DNA from: Curvularia clavata
Taxonomy: Eukaryota
NCBI GenBank assembly: GCA_023920165.1
Contig: CP089275.1
Coordinates: 2,914,001-2,978,000 of the forward strand
Length of the DNA: 64,000 nucleotides
Direction of reading: 5' to 3'
Positions within the stretch are counted from its first letter, which is position 1. The number at the start of each line of letters is the position of its first letter. The translations under genes were made by a program, and so were the position numbers. Below are positions 36,826 through 47,122 of the stretch, in pieces. The notes under the pieces were generated by a model. That model searched no databases and was not told the DNA's origin. It saw only the letters and a program-made list of their open reading frames with translations.

Positions 36826-39521
36826 CTACTCTGCCTTCATCCGCTTAGTCGGACCCTCTCCACCCTCTTCCATTGCCCGCTTTCCTACTGCCGAGCTCTT
36901 CTTGGCCCTTTGGCGATCCTTTTTCAACGCTTCGGCATATCTTCCCGTAACCTCCTTGTCTGGACATTTGCCCTCACCAGGTTCGATCAGAGGCTCGATT
37001 CCCGCTACCTTCAGCATGACTGGTACATCGCTGAGAAGAACCCGATGGCGACCATTTTCTCGGCACCACAGAATAAGCGCGGTCAGTGGGCCAGCATCAA
37101 CGCCCGAAGGAAGCGACTGCAGGCCATGCGCGAGAGCAAGAAGAGGATAATCGATCGTCTCGTAGACGTCGTACGTCCATCCCTCAGCCGTGTAGCTAGC
37201 AACGTCTTCAACCGCGTCGGATGTAGGCAACGCAGTTGGCGCAGGCGCAGGCGCAGGCGAAGGCATACCCATGCTTGCATCTATAATTTCGACTTCTTCA
37301 TTGGCACCATGCTTAGTGACATCTCGCTTTCGTGCATTGAGCACTACGCTGCTAATAGTAGCTAACTTGGGCGCCGCTTCGTCATTCAGTGCACGTGTCA
37401 TGCATACCATGTTGCGTATGAAACTTGGCGTTACGCCTGCGCGGTACAGTCGATCAGATGCGTGGCGCCAGTAATAGTGTTGCGGAAAGAAACACAACAG
37501 CTCTACGATTGTGAATTCTGTCTCACCTAGGAGGGTGATATCGACGCTTGTAGGTGTCGCAACACTTTTCAGAGGGCAAAAGATCTTGAAATTCTTCCCT
37601 CTGGTGGGCTGATCTTGATTCAGCAATATCGGGTTAGGTGTGGAACTTGACGATAGCAGCCCAGGCTCTTCAGCTTGAAGGGCTAGCATCATGAGCTCTG
37701 GAATCGGCAACTTCAACTTGCGAACCGATCTTACAGCACCTGAACCATGCCGAGTCTTTCCTGGTGTCGGAACGAAGTCAACGACTGGGTTGACCTCTTT
37801 TGTCGATAGCCAACGCCATCCGTCGTCGAGGTCGATGACCATGTCTGGACAGTCACGCGCTTCTCGCCACGGGTAAATAGACTCCAAATCGAGCGGATTG
37901 GATGTACGAGAGCCGGCAGCACCATTGGATGCGTTGTTTGACCCTGTTCCTGATGCAGATGGAGCGTGGAAGTCGAGCTGGCCTTCCCAAGGTAATTTCC
38001 AGTCTACGCCGTCAAAATCAAATACCTCTGCATCGGATCCATCGCTCAGTTTGAGCATATCAGGTAGCATTCCATACTCCGGATGTAGATCGCCGCCAGG
38101 TACATGCTTGTGCAGACCTCCTTGGCGTAGCTCCTCACATGTTAATGGCAGGGGTCCGACAGGGGTCAGCTTAAACGCTTGGTGGTATGGATCGAAAACG
38201 ATAGGAAGTAGTCCGGACCATGATACGTGTTTCCAATTCATGGGCAGAACGAGCTTTGGGACCCGAGTTATATCTGGAAGTCCATCAACGATGGGTACGA
38301 ATTGTTGGTGGAAAATCAGACGCGGGTCTAATGCTGGATAGGGATAAGACGGGTGCGTACTGCCTCCCGGCGGATACTGTAGTTGCCAAGACACGGATTG
38401 TACAGTAGGAAGGCCTTCGAATGGTATAGGGTCGGACTTGCCGACAGCGATAGTACCCTCGGGTTGTGCAGTAGGCACTTCATCCAAATGAGGCTTCCGA
38501 GTAAACCGTGCAGCGGTTACGGTCGGCTCTGGATAAACAAGTATCAGCAGACGTGTAGAAAAGACAATATGCATGTGAACTAACCATTCGATTTCTGCTT
38601 TACGCGTAGTCTAGCGCTACGACGCATTGGCGCGGGACTGGATCTCTCTTCGAGCTCGCGGGCAAGTGCTGCATCACGCTCCACATCGTTCTCAATCACT
38701 TCGGAATCATTGCCATTCTTGTATGTTGCAGTAATTGCACCTGCTTCCGAGAAAGAGTCATGTAGATTTGGCAGCGACTGCCTTAGCCCTTCCGTAGCGG
38801 TTCGCATATTCTCTGACATGCCCTGTTTTGCGTCTTGAGCCAGACACTAATTCGCATCGGTGAAGGCATCTTGAAGCGGAATTTCGCCGACTATGAAATC
38901 ACTTGGAACTTCGGATGTGTTGCTTCCAATCGTGTCATCGCTTAAGCAGTTAAGAGGTTTTTCAGGGTTGTACTCCGTGAAGCTAGGGGTTTGAGGTGAT
39001 GGCAGACCGTGCCAAGGCACTGGCACATGTTTCTTGGTTGGGGTCTTCGGCGCCTCGACCTCATTCAACTCTTCTGCGTTGTCCCTTACGAAAAAGGCCT
39101 CAATTTTCTTCGTTTCTTGGCTACAAGCATAGTGCTGGCAGTGACTGTCGCCATCGAAAGCCTCTAGGGGACGTGGCGGTGTTGCCATTTGCTTCTGGTG
39201 TTGACTCGTGGTACTGCTGGTCGGTGTGAAAGTCAAAACAGAACCGGCGATCTCAATCTCGGTGCTATATTGAGGTGGGTTGGAAGGCGAGTTGACGTTG
39301 CCTGTAGAGATTATTAGTCCTTGCAATTCTTGTGTGGTAGCATCGCGAAGCCGCTTACTGGAGCTTATATATCCTTCCTTCGCGGGTGAAGGCGTACGAT
39401 AGGGTCTACCCATCCTTTTTATCGTTTTCACTTGTAGATTTTGTGGTAAGAGTTTTGTGAGATCTTGCTCACATTGACAGTGCTCCATGCCAGGTGCGAT
39501 TAGATCTAACGTCTCCTCCAT
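36826..39521 (-). CDS. Unknown-family paralog 1 with one intron (38584-38529) and one in-frame TAG at 38849-38847; may be a pseudogene or start later at 38819
   Basis: ORFs 38847-39557 and 38580-38819 are in frame across a single TAG. A GTTAGT..CTGAT..CAG intron joins them to ORF 36826-38574. The C-terminal domain carries the shared motif LAHGLQSLPSGVDAGPLT. Confidence 0.7.
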
Positions 39522-39896
39522 CTCTGCACGGTGAAGATGAGGATGAGGAAGATACACGACGTTTGGTGGTCGGGGAAACCCTAATCAATAGACTGAGGTG
39601 TGAAATCATCGTTCTCACTCTCGCCGGCAGACTTTACCGTGGTCGGACTCGAAATCACCGACTTTTACCAAACTATGAGTCTCGGTGAAGACAAGTTATG
39701 AAGTAACCGAGTGAAACACAATTGAATTATGGACACTTCATAAGGGAATTTATAAGTAAATTCTGGAAGACGATAGCAATCAGCATGAGTTCATGGGTTA
39801 AGACAAATATGCTATCAGTTTGTAACAAGCCGCCAGCAAAAGCTTGGCCGAGAGGGTGCGCTGGTTATGAAACGAAGTGCTTCTCTGCGCTCAATT

Positions 39897-41436
39897 TCAC
39901 CATGTACCGATTGCCGGACCCTCACCATCGAAAAATGGCTCATCTAGGAGGGTGAGCAGGACCCTCTGACCTACCCACTGCTCCTCTGCAGCAGGTCGGA
40001 TCCTCTCTGGAGGCAGGACGAAGCCATAGTCGCCCGTGTCTGGCAACTCAATGGTCATTGAGAACTTGGCACGGCCAGTGCTGTAAACGTGATCGATAGA
40101 AGCACCAGTCGTTGGATAAAGGGTGGCTCCACTGGGTCCAAAGACGTAGGTAGTATCGTTCTTTGACTGTAGACGGATTTCCTCGCTCATCAAAGAAGCA
40201 GTTTTAGTCCACATGCCTAGTTCTGGCGCGTAAAGCCTCTCCTTGTCTCCGAAGGGGAAGAGAATAAGCTGAGAGTAGCTGTGCCAGTCAATATAAAGTT
40301 CGATGCCCTGCTCGTCGCGAATCTTGCGAATCATCAGGTCCATGCCGTTATTCTCAGGCGTGTCACGGGGCGCTTCTCCCCTGTACGTCTGGGAGCAAGG
40401 ATCTCGCGACGCTCCGCGTGTGCTGGAATCCCAGTTCGTTTCCCAGTTACGGTTGATCTAGATGTAAGCAACAAAATTAGTACATTAATCAATAGTATTC
40501 TGAGGCTTTACATACGTCACGGCCGTAGCAAGTCTGATTTTGAGCATTGGCCGGTGGTGGCTGACGGTTCTTGCGCCAAAGACGATTATCAGTTTGGGAG
40601 AAAACAAAGCCTAGCATATGTGTGAGAATGTTATCTGTAACAAGGCAGTGGGTCATAACTCACCATCTGGGTTGACAAAAGGGAACATGTAGAAGTCGTA
40701 CTTGTCCAAGAACGATCTTGTTTCATTGTCGCCACCCTTGTATCCATCGACGAGCTGCTTTGCGATATACTCGATGACCTGCGAGACCTTAGTTCAGAAC
40801 ATGACACCATAGTTCTGGGGTTACCAACCGGAGCGGTGATCCATTCACGAGCGTGCACAGTGCCGTGGTAAACGACTGCAGGCTTTTTTCCTGGGCCATC
40901 GGCTCCCCAGAAATGCACACCAAATAGGTCGCGCCCCTCGTAAGATGTACCAGTGCTCGTCCAATTTGAGTTCCCAGGGAAGGAACTCTGCAAATCGCGC
41001 CACCAAGTGATGTGCTTTGCTCGTGTTAGTATGACCATTATCTCAAAGTATGTGAGCGTGGACTTACGTCTTCGTATGCATGGTAACTATCAAACCATGA
41101 ATCATCCGATCCATTCGATTGTCTTTTCCATGAATTCTTGACGTGCGATTCACGGGCGATGGAGTGGGCCAAGTTCTCATGTAAAGTCCGGGACTTTAAC
41201 CCAAGTGCATTGAAGGCATCCAATTGCTCCGGTGCAATGAGCACGTCCCATGAGCCTCGAGCCTCATTAAGAGTCTCATGAGGAATTGATGACATCGCTC
41301 GCTTCGCTAATGCCAAGTCTCTACCAACGGCTCGAAGGCGATGGACCTGGTAGCCATCGTAGGTCACTGGTTGTGGGCTACGAATGGTCGCGCTAGCAGC
41401 AAGTGAGAGCCAAGCAAGGTTGAACAAGAGCTTCAT
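39897..41436 (-). CDS. Secreted zinc metallocarboxypeptidase A (M14A) with propeptide, 5 exons
   Basis: Signal peptide and prodomain ending near KR. Zinc motif HAREW, plus VNPDG, RLWRKNR, DINRNW, DWHSYSQ and TIELPD. All introns are GT-AG and the frame is intact. Confidence 0.94.
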
Positions 41437-42950
41437 GGTTGTCCGAAGCAATCAGTTGACGAGTGAAGAAAGAAATGTACGTCAACAGCCCTTCCTTTAT
41501 ATCCTTGTAGTATTACTGCTTGGCGGACTGAGGCGGGATCGTATTCTAACAAACAAGGAACATGCCGCCCTAGGCAAAGAGAAACAACATCGGTTGCCTG
41601 GAATACGTGCAGTGATGTGATATAATACGTCGAGAGGCACGGTTAGATATGGATGAGAAGCACACCGGGAAATGTATCATGTCGTGATAGTCTTGACCTG
41701 CCGTTTCTGCTTTAGGGGTTCCATGGCATTTCTGGGCGAGGATCAGCAACGTCATCATACTTGCGTATCTTGTCAGCCTTCTAAGCGGAGTACCCTTCGC
41801 CTGAACTGGTTCGGGCTTCTTCTTGTCAAGCTCTTTGTTCTTGCTCTGAATAACAGACTCAATAGTAGGCTAAATGGTGAATATCCCAGCATGGCGTCTC
41901 CCGTTTCTGACGGTAGTGAGTGGGCATATGAAAGATGATATTGGCAACAGAACTTCATAATATTATAAGATTTGATGTCGTACCCTGGACCATGACACCA
42001 GCAGATGTACAATGTTGATTTGTTGAGGTAGGAGGCATTAGATCCGGGGAACCCGCACAAACGGATACATCTTGTGCCACACTAGTCATATCTGGTCTAG
42101 CGCATTCTCCCCGCTTTCTCGTTGCAGCAAAGTCATAAACGCAAAACTGACTCTCTACAAGTATCTGTTTTGCTTACATCGGAACGGCTTCGGACACATC
42201 TCCACCAAATCGTTGTAGATGCACAAACTCTCCGCGCCCCGGATCGAGATAGGATAAAGTAGATCGGCCTACCTATCCCTGCTCCTTCATTACGAGCCAC
42301 TTCAGCCGGCGAAGGCCAAGCTATGACGGATTTTGATTACAATAACGAACACAATAAGACGGAGTTGCCTCATTATTTCCCCTCCGATTTCTAGACAGCG
42401 ATGCTCTTTCATGAATGGCGATCCGACTGTGGACTCTTGCAATTGCTAAGTAAACATGCTTATTATCGCAGCATATATACTTAGGCTTCTAGCAGAAACT
42501 CAGTTCATAACCTTTTGATTCGACACGTATCAGATAGTTCACCTCCTACACCAAAGAAATCGACGAAACCTTCGGTCTTCCAATCTACGTTGGCAAGCAT
42601 ACACGCTTCTCTCGAGCGACTATGTTCCGATTAGTATGCTACACCTCACCCAAACATATTCTAAAACTTCGTAATGATCTCCGTAGGAGGCATCTCTTTC
42701 ATGGTTCAACAAAGACCTTTTCATATAAACATACGTTCCAAGCCAACACACAATGGCAATATACTGAGAAAACATATAGCATTGTATGCGATATATTGAC
42801 CGCAGTGTTTTCACAATGATAGAGTCGTTCGCAGTGATATGCCCATGGATTAATGGATTTATTCTGCGTTTTATCACTGGAAGCGTATACCGTTGTTTAC
42901 GCACAACTCTCAACAGACTAACCACGGCAACCCATCTGCGATAACGCAAA

Positions 42951-44732
42951 ATGACTGAACTCCCAAAATACTTTGATCGTGGCCCTTTTCAGCGTTCTGA
43001 TGTACAAGATATGCTGGACGAAGCCCAGCTAGACGCCGGATCACGATTTGCAGACATCCCACATGTACGAGATCAACTCCCGGAGTACCTCCGTTTCGCT
43101 TTTGAGGAATGCAATCGCCGCGAAGTTGACCCAGTGGATATGCTGCACCGAGCAATGTTCGCTGAGCGGGCGATTCTGGATCCTTACAATAAGCACCGTC
43201 TCGGATATGCGATAATGCAATTCAATGCACAAGTCCATGAACTGGAAAATGCCGTAGATTACAAAGCAGAAGAGAACGTCCCTGAGACATTGGCTGGGTT
43301 TCCATTGCGGGCCGCAGTTTCGAGGCGTGGTGTATCTATCCAGGCACCACCTATTTACCAAGCTGAGGAATCTGCAGAAGCTCACCAACAGCACGCTCCG
43401 AGCCCGCATGTAGCACCAGAAGCTCCGCGGATGGACGATGCTGGCCAGAAGACCACTAACAACTCAGCAGCGAAGGCGAGAAAGCCTAGAGAGCTTGGGT
43501 CACTGAACTACAACAAGCTACGCGATGCCCCATTTCCTTGGCTGTCGTTTCCTCCTGGTAATTTGACCATGGCAGAGATCACCGCTTTCGTTCCTCAAGC
43601 CATCAAGTCTGTCGATGTCATTGATCGGTTCCTCTACAATGGTGCGCTCTCTGCAACTCTTGCTGATATGGTCAATCACTATCGCACGATGCCTCTTGGT
43701 CCGATCGAAAACAACAGCATTTACCGGATGATGAAAGGCCCGATGAATGTCCGCGCAAAGACCGAACGCATATACCAGGACTGGACAGTTTCCAAACACG
43801 CCACGATTAGGAAACCTGTTGGCTTTGACCCTACCAGTGTGAGTGTTACTAGCTTTCGGACGCCTCAGAAAAATTCCCGTCAAGCGGCCATTGCTGCTCA
43901 ACAGCCTCCTCCAACTATCTTGTTCCGCGATATGGCAGAGGGTGTCAAGACTATGCCGTCTGGATATGATGCCCTGGATCTCACCCGATGCATTCAGTAT
44001 TGTGTTGAGAACAAGGACGAAAGCTGGTATTATCCTCAGGGTTTTGCAAGGCTGGTGAGTCACCTTGGAGGTGCTGTCGATGTTCACGGTGAACACCAAG
44101 ACTCTGCTGCTATTGATAGGCATACTTCTGGATTGAATACGCGCCAACCCCACAACCGCGATCGTAGGATGCAGGCCAAAGAGTCGGTCGATAGTTCGGT
44201 CGACGAAGATACTGGAAGCGAGTCAGATGAGAACACAGATTACGATGATGACAGTCATGATACCATTGCGGTCTGCATAAAAGACACCAAGCGCAAAAGC
44301 ACTGTCTCGCCTGACGACATGAATTTTGAAGATGATAAGAATGACACAATTGCAATCTACGTAAAAGACACAGACGCTAACAACATTATCTCATCTAACG
44401 ACATGGATGTCGATAAAGATGACGACAATGATACCATTGCAGTCTGCGCGAAAGGCATGAAGCGCAAGAAGTCAATCTCACTTGAAAAAACTGATAAAGG
44501 CTCTCACTCTTCTTCCAGATTTTCGAAACGCCGCAAAAAAGACGCACCGTCACGTGGTCGAAAGGCGGCTTTACCCGATGATATAGATTCGGAGTCCGAA
44601 AGTGACGTGTACGTTGGGCCAAAAAATAGCAAAAGAGCTGGTGTCGCGACCCGAAGCTCGTCACGACACCGTCAATTTAGCGGCTCGTATAACGTTGACG
44701 AAGCTTTCAACTCCGAAATTGAAGACGAGTAG
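42951..44732 (+). CDS. Unknown-family paralog 2 (593 aa) with acidic and basic repeat-containing tail
   Basis: Long intronless ORF with the shared motif MAEGVKTMPSGYDALDLTRCIQY and NLS-like clusters KRKK and KRRKK. Confidence 0.8.
   Translation: MTELPKYFDRGPFQRSDVQDMLDEAQLDAGSRFADIPHVRDQLPEYLRFAFEECNRREVDPVDMLHRAMFAERAILDPYNKHRLGYAIMQFNAQVHELENAVDYKAEENVPETLAGFPLRAAVSRRGVSIQAPPIYQAEESAEAHQQHAPSPHVAPEAPRMDDAGQKTTNNSAAKARKPRELGSLNYNKLRDAPFPWLSFPPGNLTMAEITAFVPQAIKSVDVIDRFLYNGALSATLADMVNHYRTMPLGPIENNSIYRMMKGPMNVRAKTERIYQDWTVSKHATIRKPVGFDPTSVSVTSFRTPQKNSRQAAIAAQQPPPTILFRDMAEGVKTMPSGYDALDLTRCIQYCVENKDESWYYPQGFARLVSHLGGAVDVHGEHQDSAAIDRHTSGLNTRQPHNRDRRMQAKESVDSSVDEDTGSESDENTDYDDDSHDTIAVCIKDTKRKSTVSPDDMNFEDDKNDTIAIYVKDTDANNIISSNDMDVDKDDDNDTIAVCAKGMKRKKSISLEKTDKGSHSSSRFSKRRKKDAPSRGRKAALPDDIDSESESDVYVGPKNSKRAGVATRSSSRHRQFSGSYNVDEAFNSEIEDE
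44244..44480 (+). repeat. Three degenerate 84-87 bp coding tandem repeats (DTIAxxxK unit)
   Basis: GATACCATTGC, GACACAATTGC and GATACCATTGC start at 44259, 44343 and 44430. Confidence 0.8.
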
Positions 44733-46034
44733 AACGATGGCCAGGAGGCATACGCTTTGGAGGACGATGGGGCTTTGTATGGTTGAGCCACTTGAAGTAT
44801 ACCGATGACGCACCCTGTGGGTGCGCGCTTTTGATGTGCACGCTATGATATATCATGGCCTATGCCTTCTATCGCTTGGCCTACCTTCATAATACATATC
44901 TTTGCGGATGTGAATTTCTCTCTGGCATTGCTCGTTACCTCGGGAGCAAACAACATACCTAGGTTAATATTTATTGCCAATAGATATTAATTTCAATCAC
45001 ATGAGGTGTGCTATAGATATTTTGCATTATTCCTCGTCTTACATTACGATGTTTGCTTGAGGTGCTAAAACCAAAGATTTAGTCACATAACAAAAGCATA
45101 TTCCAGACGGAGCCGAGACTTCCCCTGGAAGAAGAAAATAAGATCACAATCTCGATTCAGTAGACTAGTCATCCACAGCGGGTACCATATCCGTCATTAA
45201 ACATGTTGGGATTGGGTTAATCCACCCCAACACGTGCTCGGGCGATATATGTTGAATACGGGTTGACTATAGGGATTGAGTACCAGTGTTTTTGCCGTCT
45301 CTATATGCAACGTCTAAGGGCCGTAGATTGAATATTATGTTGCTGAGCTCCAAAAGTTTACAGCTAGCTACTTATCCATACCTTGCAGTTTATCTCTTTC
45401 CGCATAGCCTCATGCACTCCTCAATGTTTGCGCTTTGACTCCCTCAATCACTAGTGATGTTTCCCATTGTGTGCTGTCCGAGCATGTATTGGTGTCGCAA
45501 GATTGATGCCGTGATCGCATTGCGGCTCCTCCCAAAGAAACAATATTTGTTTGATTGGCGGGTAGCGTTTGCCATGACCCCTTAACCGCTCCTGCACCCC
45601 CAGAACCATGGAGATCCTCATTCATGCTGCGCTGGCCAAAACAGCCATGCGAACTTTTCCCCACCTTCAAGTACGCAATGGGCAACGGCTCGTTGTCACA
45701 CAATACACGATTGCTTCGTTTGTCTCATGTTCACCATTACTCAATGAGCTCCTATTACAGTGACGAGCGCGCTCACCTAGTGCAGAAATAATAAACAACC
45801 GACTGTTTTCCCCTACATTACGAAAGCTTTACCTCGTCAGTCACACACTCAAAAATTCAGAAACGAAGACCCAATGCTCAGCTGCACTACAACACAACAC
45901 AATCGAGGTTAAATCTTTATGACAAGTTGAAAGTCGAACACCAAAACAATAGCGGGCACTGCGATAACAATCAGCATTCAACCCGCTCCCGAATACATCG
46001 ACAAAACATAAATAGGGCTCATAGATGAGTTCCA

Positions 46035-46664
46035 ATGCCGCGGAAGTCAGAAGAAACGACTTGGTCATCCGCCTGCCATCACGTTGACCCATACGAATAC
46101 TGTCCTACCGTATGGCACCCGAGCCATGTTCCATACTATGAAGTACCAGATTTGACCAAGATTTGGGAGCAGCCGATTCCCTTTCTTCCCACGGACCTTG
46201 AGATGGGTGCGCCTACATCAATACAGGACGATAGAGCTATCGATAAAACATGGCATGATGAGTGGGAGGCTGAGCCCATGTCATTCGGTTCTAGTAGGCC
46301 ATTGACGCTCCTCACAAAGCCCGCAGACATCAATCTAAGGACGCATCCTCAAGACGCCAAGCGCGTTTACCTTAATCATTGGGACCGCCAACATGAACCG
46401 ATTGGCGCTGCTACACAACGACTAGTACTGCAAAAGAAGCAGGAAGAAAAGGAGAAACAAATTCTAGCTCGGAAGGCCGAGAGACAAGAGGAGAGGCGCA
46501 TACAAGTGCGAAAAGTGGCCGAGATTGTGGGCGTGATTGATCTCACGAATGACAACATACCAAAGAGAAAAGTCTTGTGTAAATATGGGCCTGGCGAAAG
46601 CGGGCAATTGAGCGCTTCCACTGAGATGTCAGTCCACGACTGGAGTCATCCATGGCAACTATAG
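46035..46664 (+). CDS. Hypothetical protein with a charged coiled-coil-like segment
   Basis: 209-aa ATG-initiated ORF with protein-like composition (QKKQEEKEKQILARKAERQEERR). No recognised domain. Confidence 0.55.
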   Translation: MPRKSEETTWSSACHHVDPYEYCPTVWHPSHVPYYEVPDLTKIWEQPIPFLPTDLEMGAPTSIQDDRAIDKTWHDEWEAEPMSFGSSRPLTLLTKPADINLRTHPQDAKRVYLNHWDRQHEPIGAATQRLVLQKKQEEKEKQILARKAERQEERRIQVRKVAEIVGVIDLTNDNIPKRKVLCKYGPGESGQLSASTEMSVHDWSHPWQL

Positions 46665-47122
46665 CTCGGCATCAGCTCAGTGTATGTCTTTTCCTTGATA
46701 CTTTTAATTCACTACAAAAGTAGATCACTCCTATGTGAGAAAGGGCCATGGCCTGGTTTGTAACTAAGAAAAGTTTTTTCGAATATGATTTCCTAACAAA
46801 ACAATGCTAATGTTGTCACTGACATGTCTCACTCTAGTTTTTTTTTTGATATGACTTGTATATTGCGGTAACCAGTGCGATTCACTACTCATCTAGGCCA
46901 TAGCGGTGTGTAGACATTTTGAGAACCACATATTGTCAAGGCACAGTCACTTTCAGTTCCGTTTGCAGGGGCTTCGAGGACCAGTCACTGTCTAAATCCG
47001 CGCCTTCACCGTCATATCCGTTTGCAAAGCGCCCCACAATTATTTTACTATATTTGCTGCCTTTGCTGCTACCTTCTTCCACCAACCATCCATCGAACCT
47101 CTCGCCGCAAGCGAGAAGCAAG

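Noticed and set aside
38580..38582. Second apparent in-frame TAG in paralog 1
   Set aside because: It lies within the donor GTTAGT of a normal 56-nt intron (38584-38529) whose removal restores the frame.
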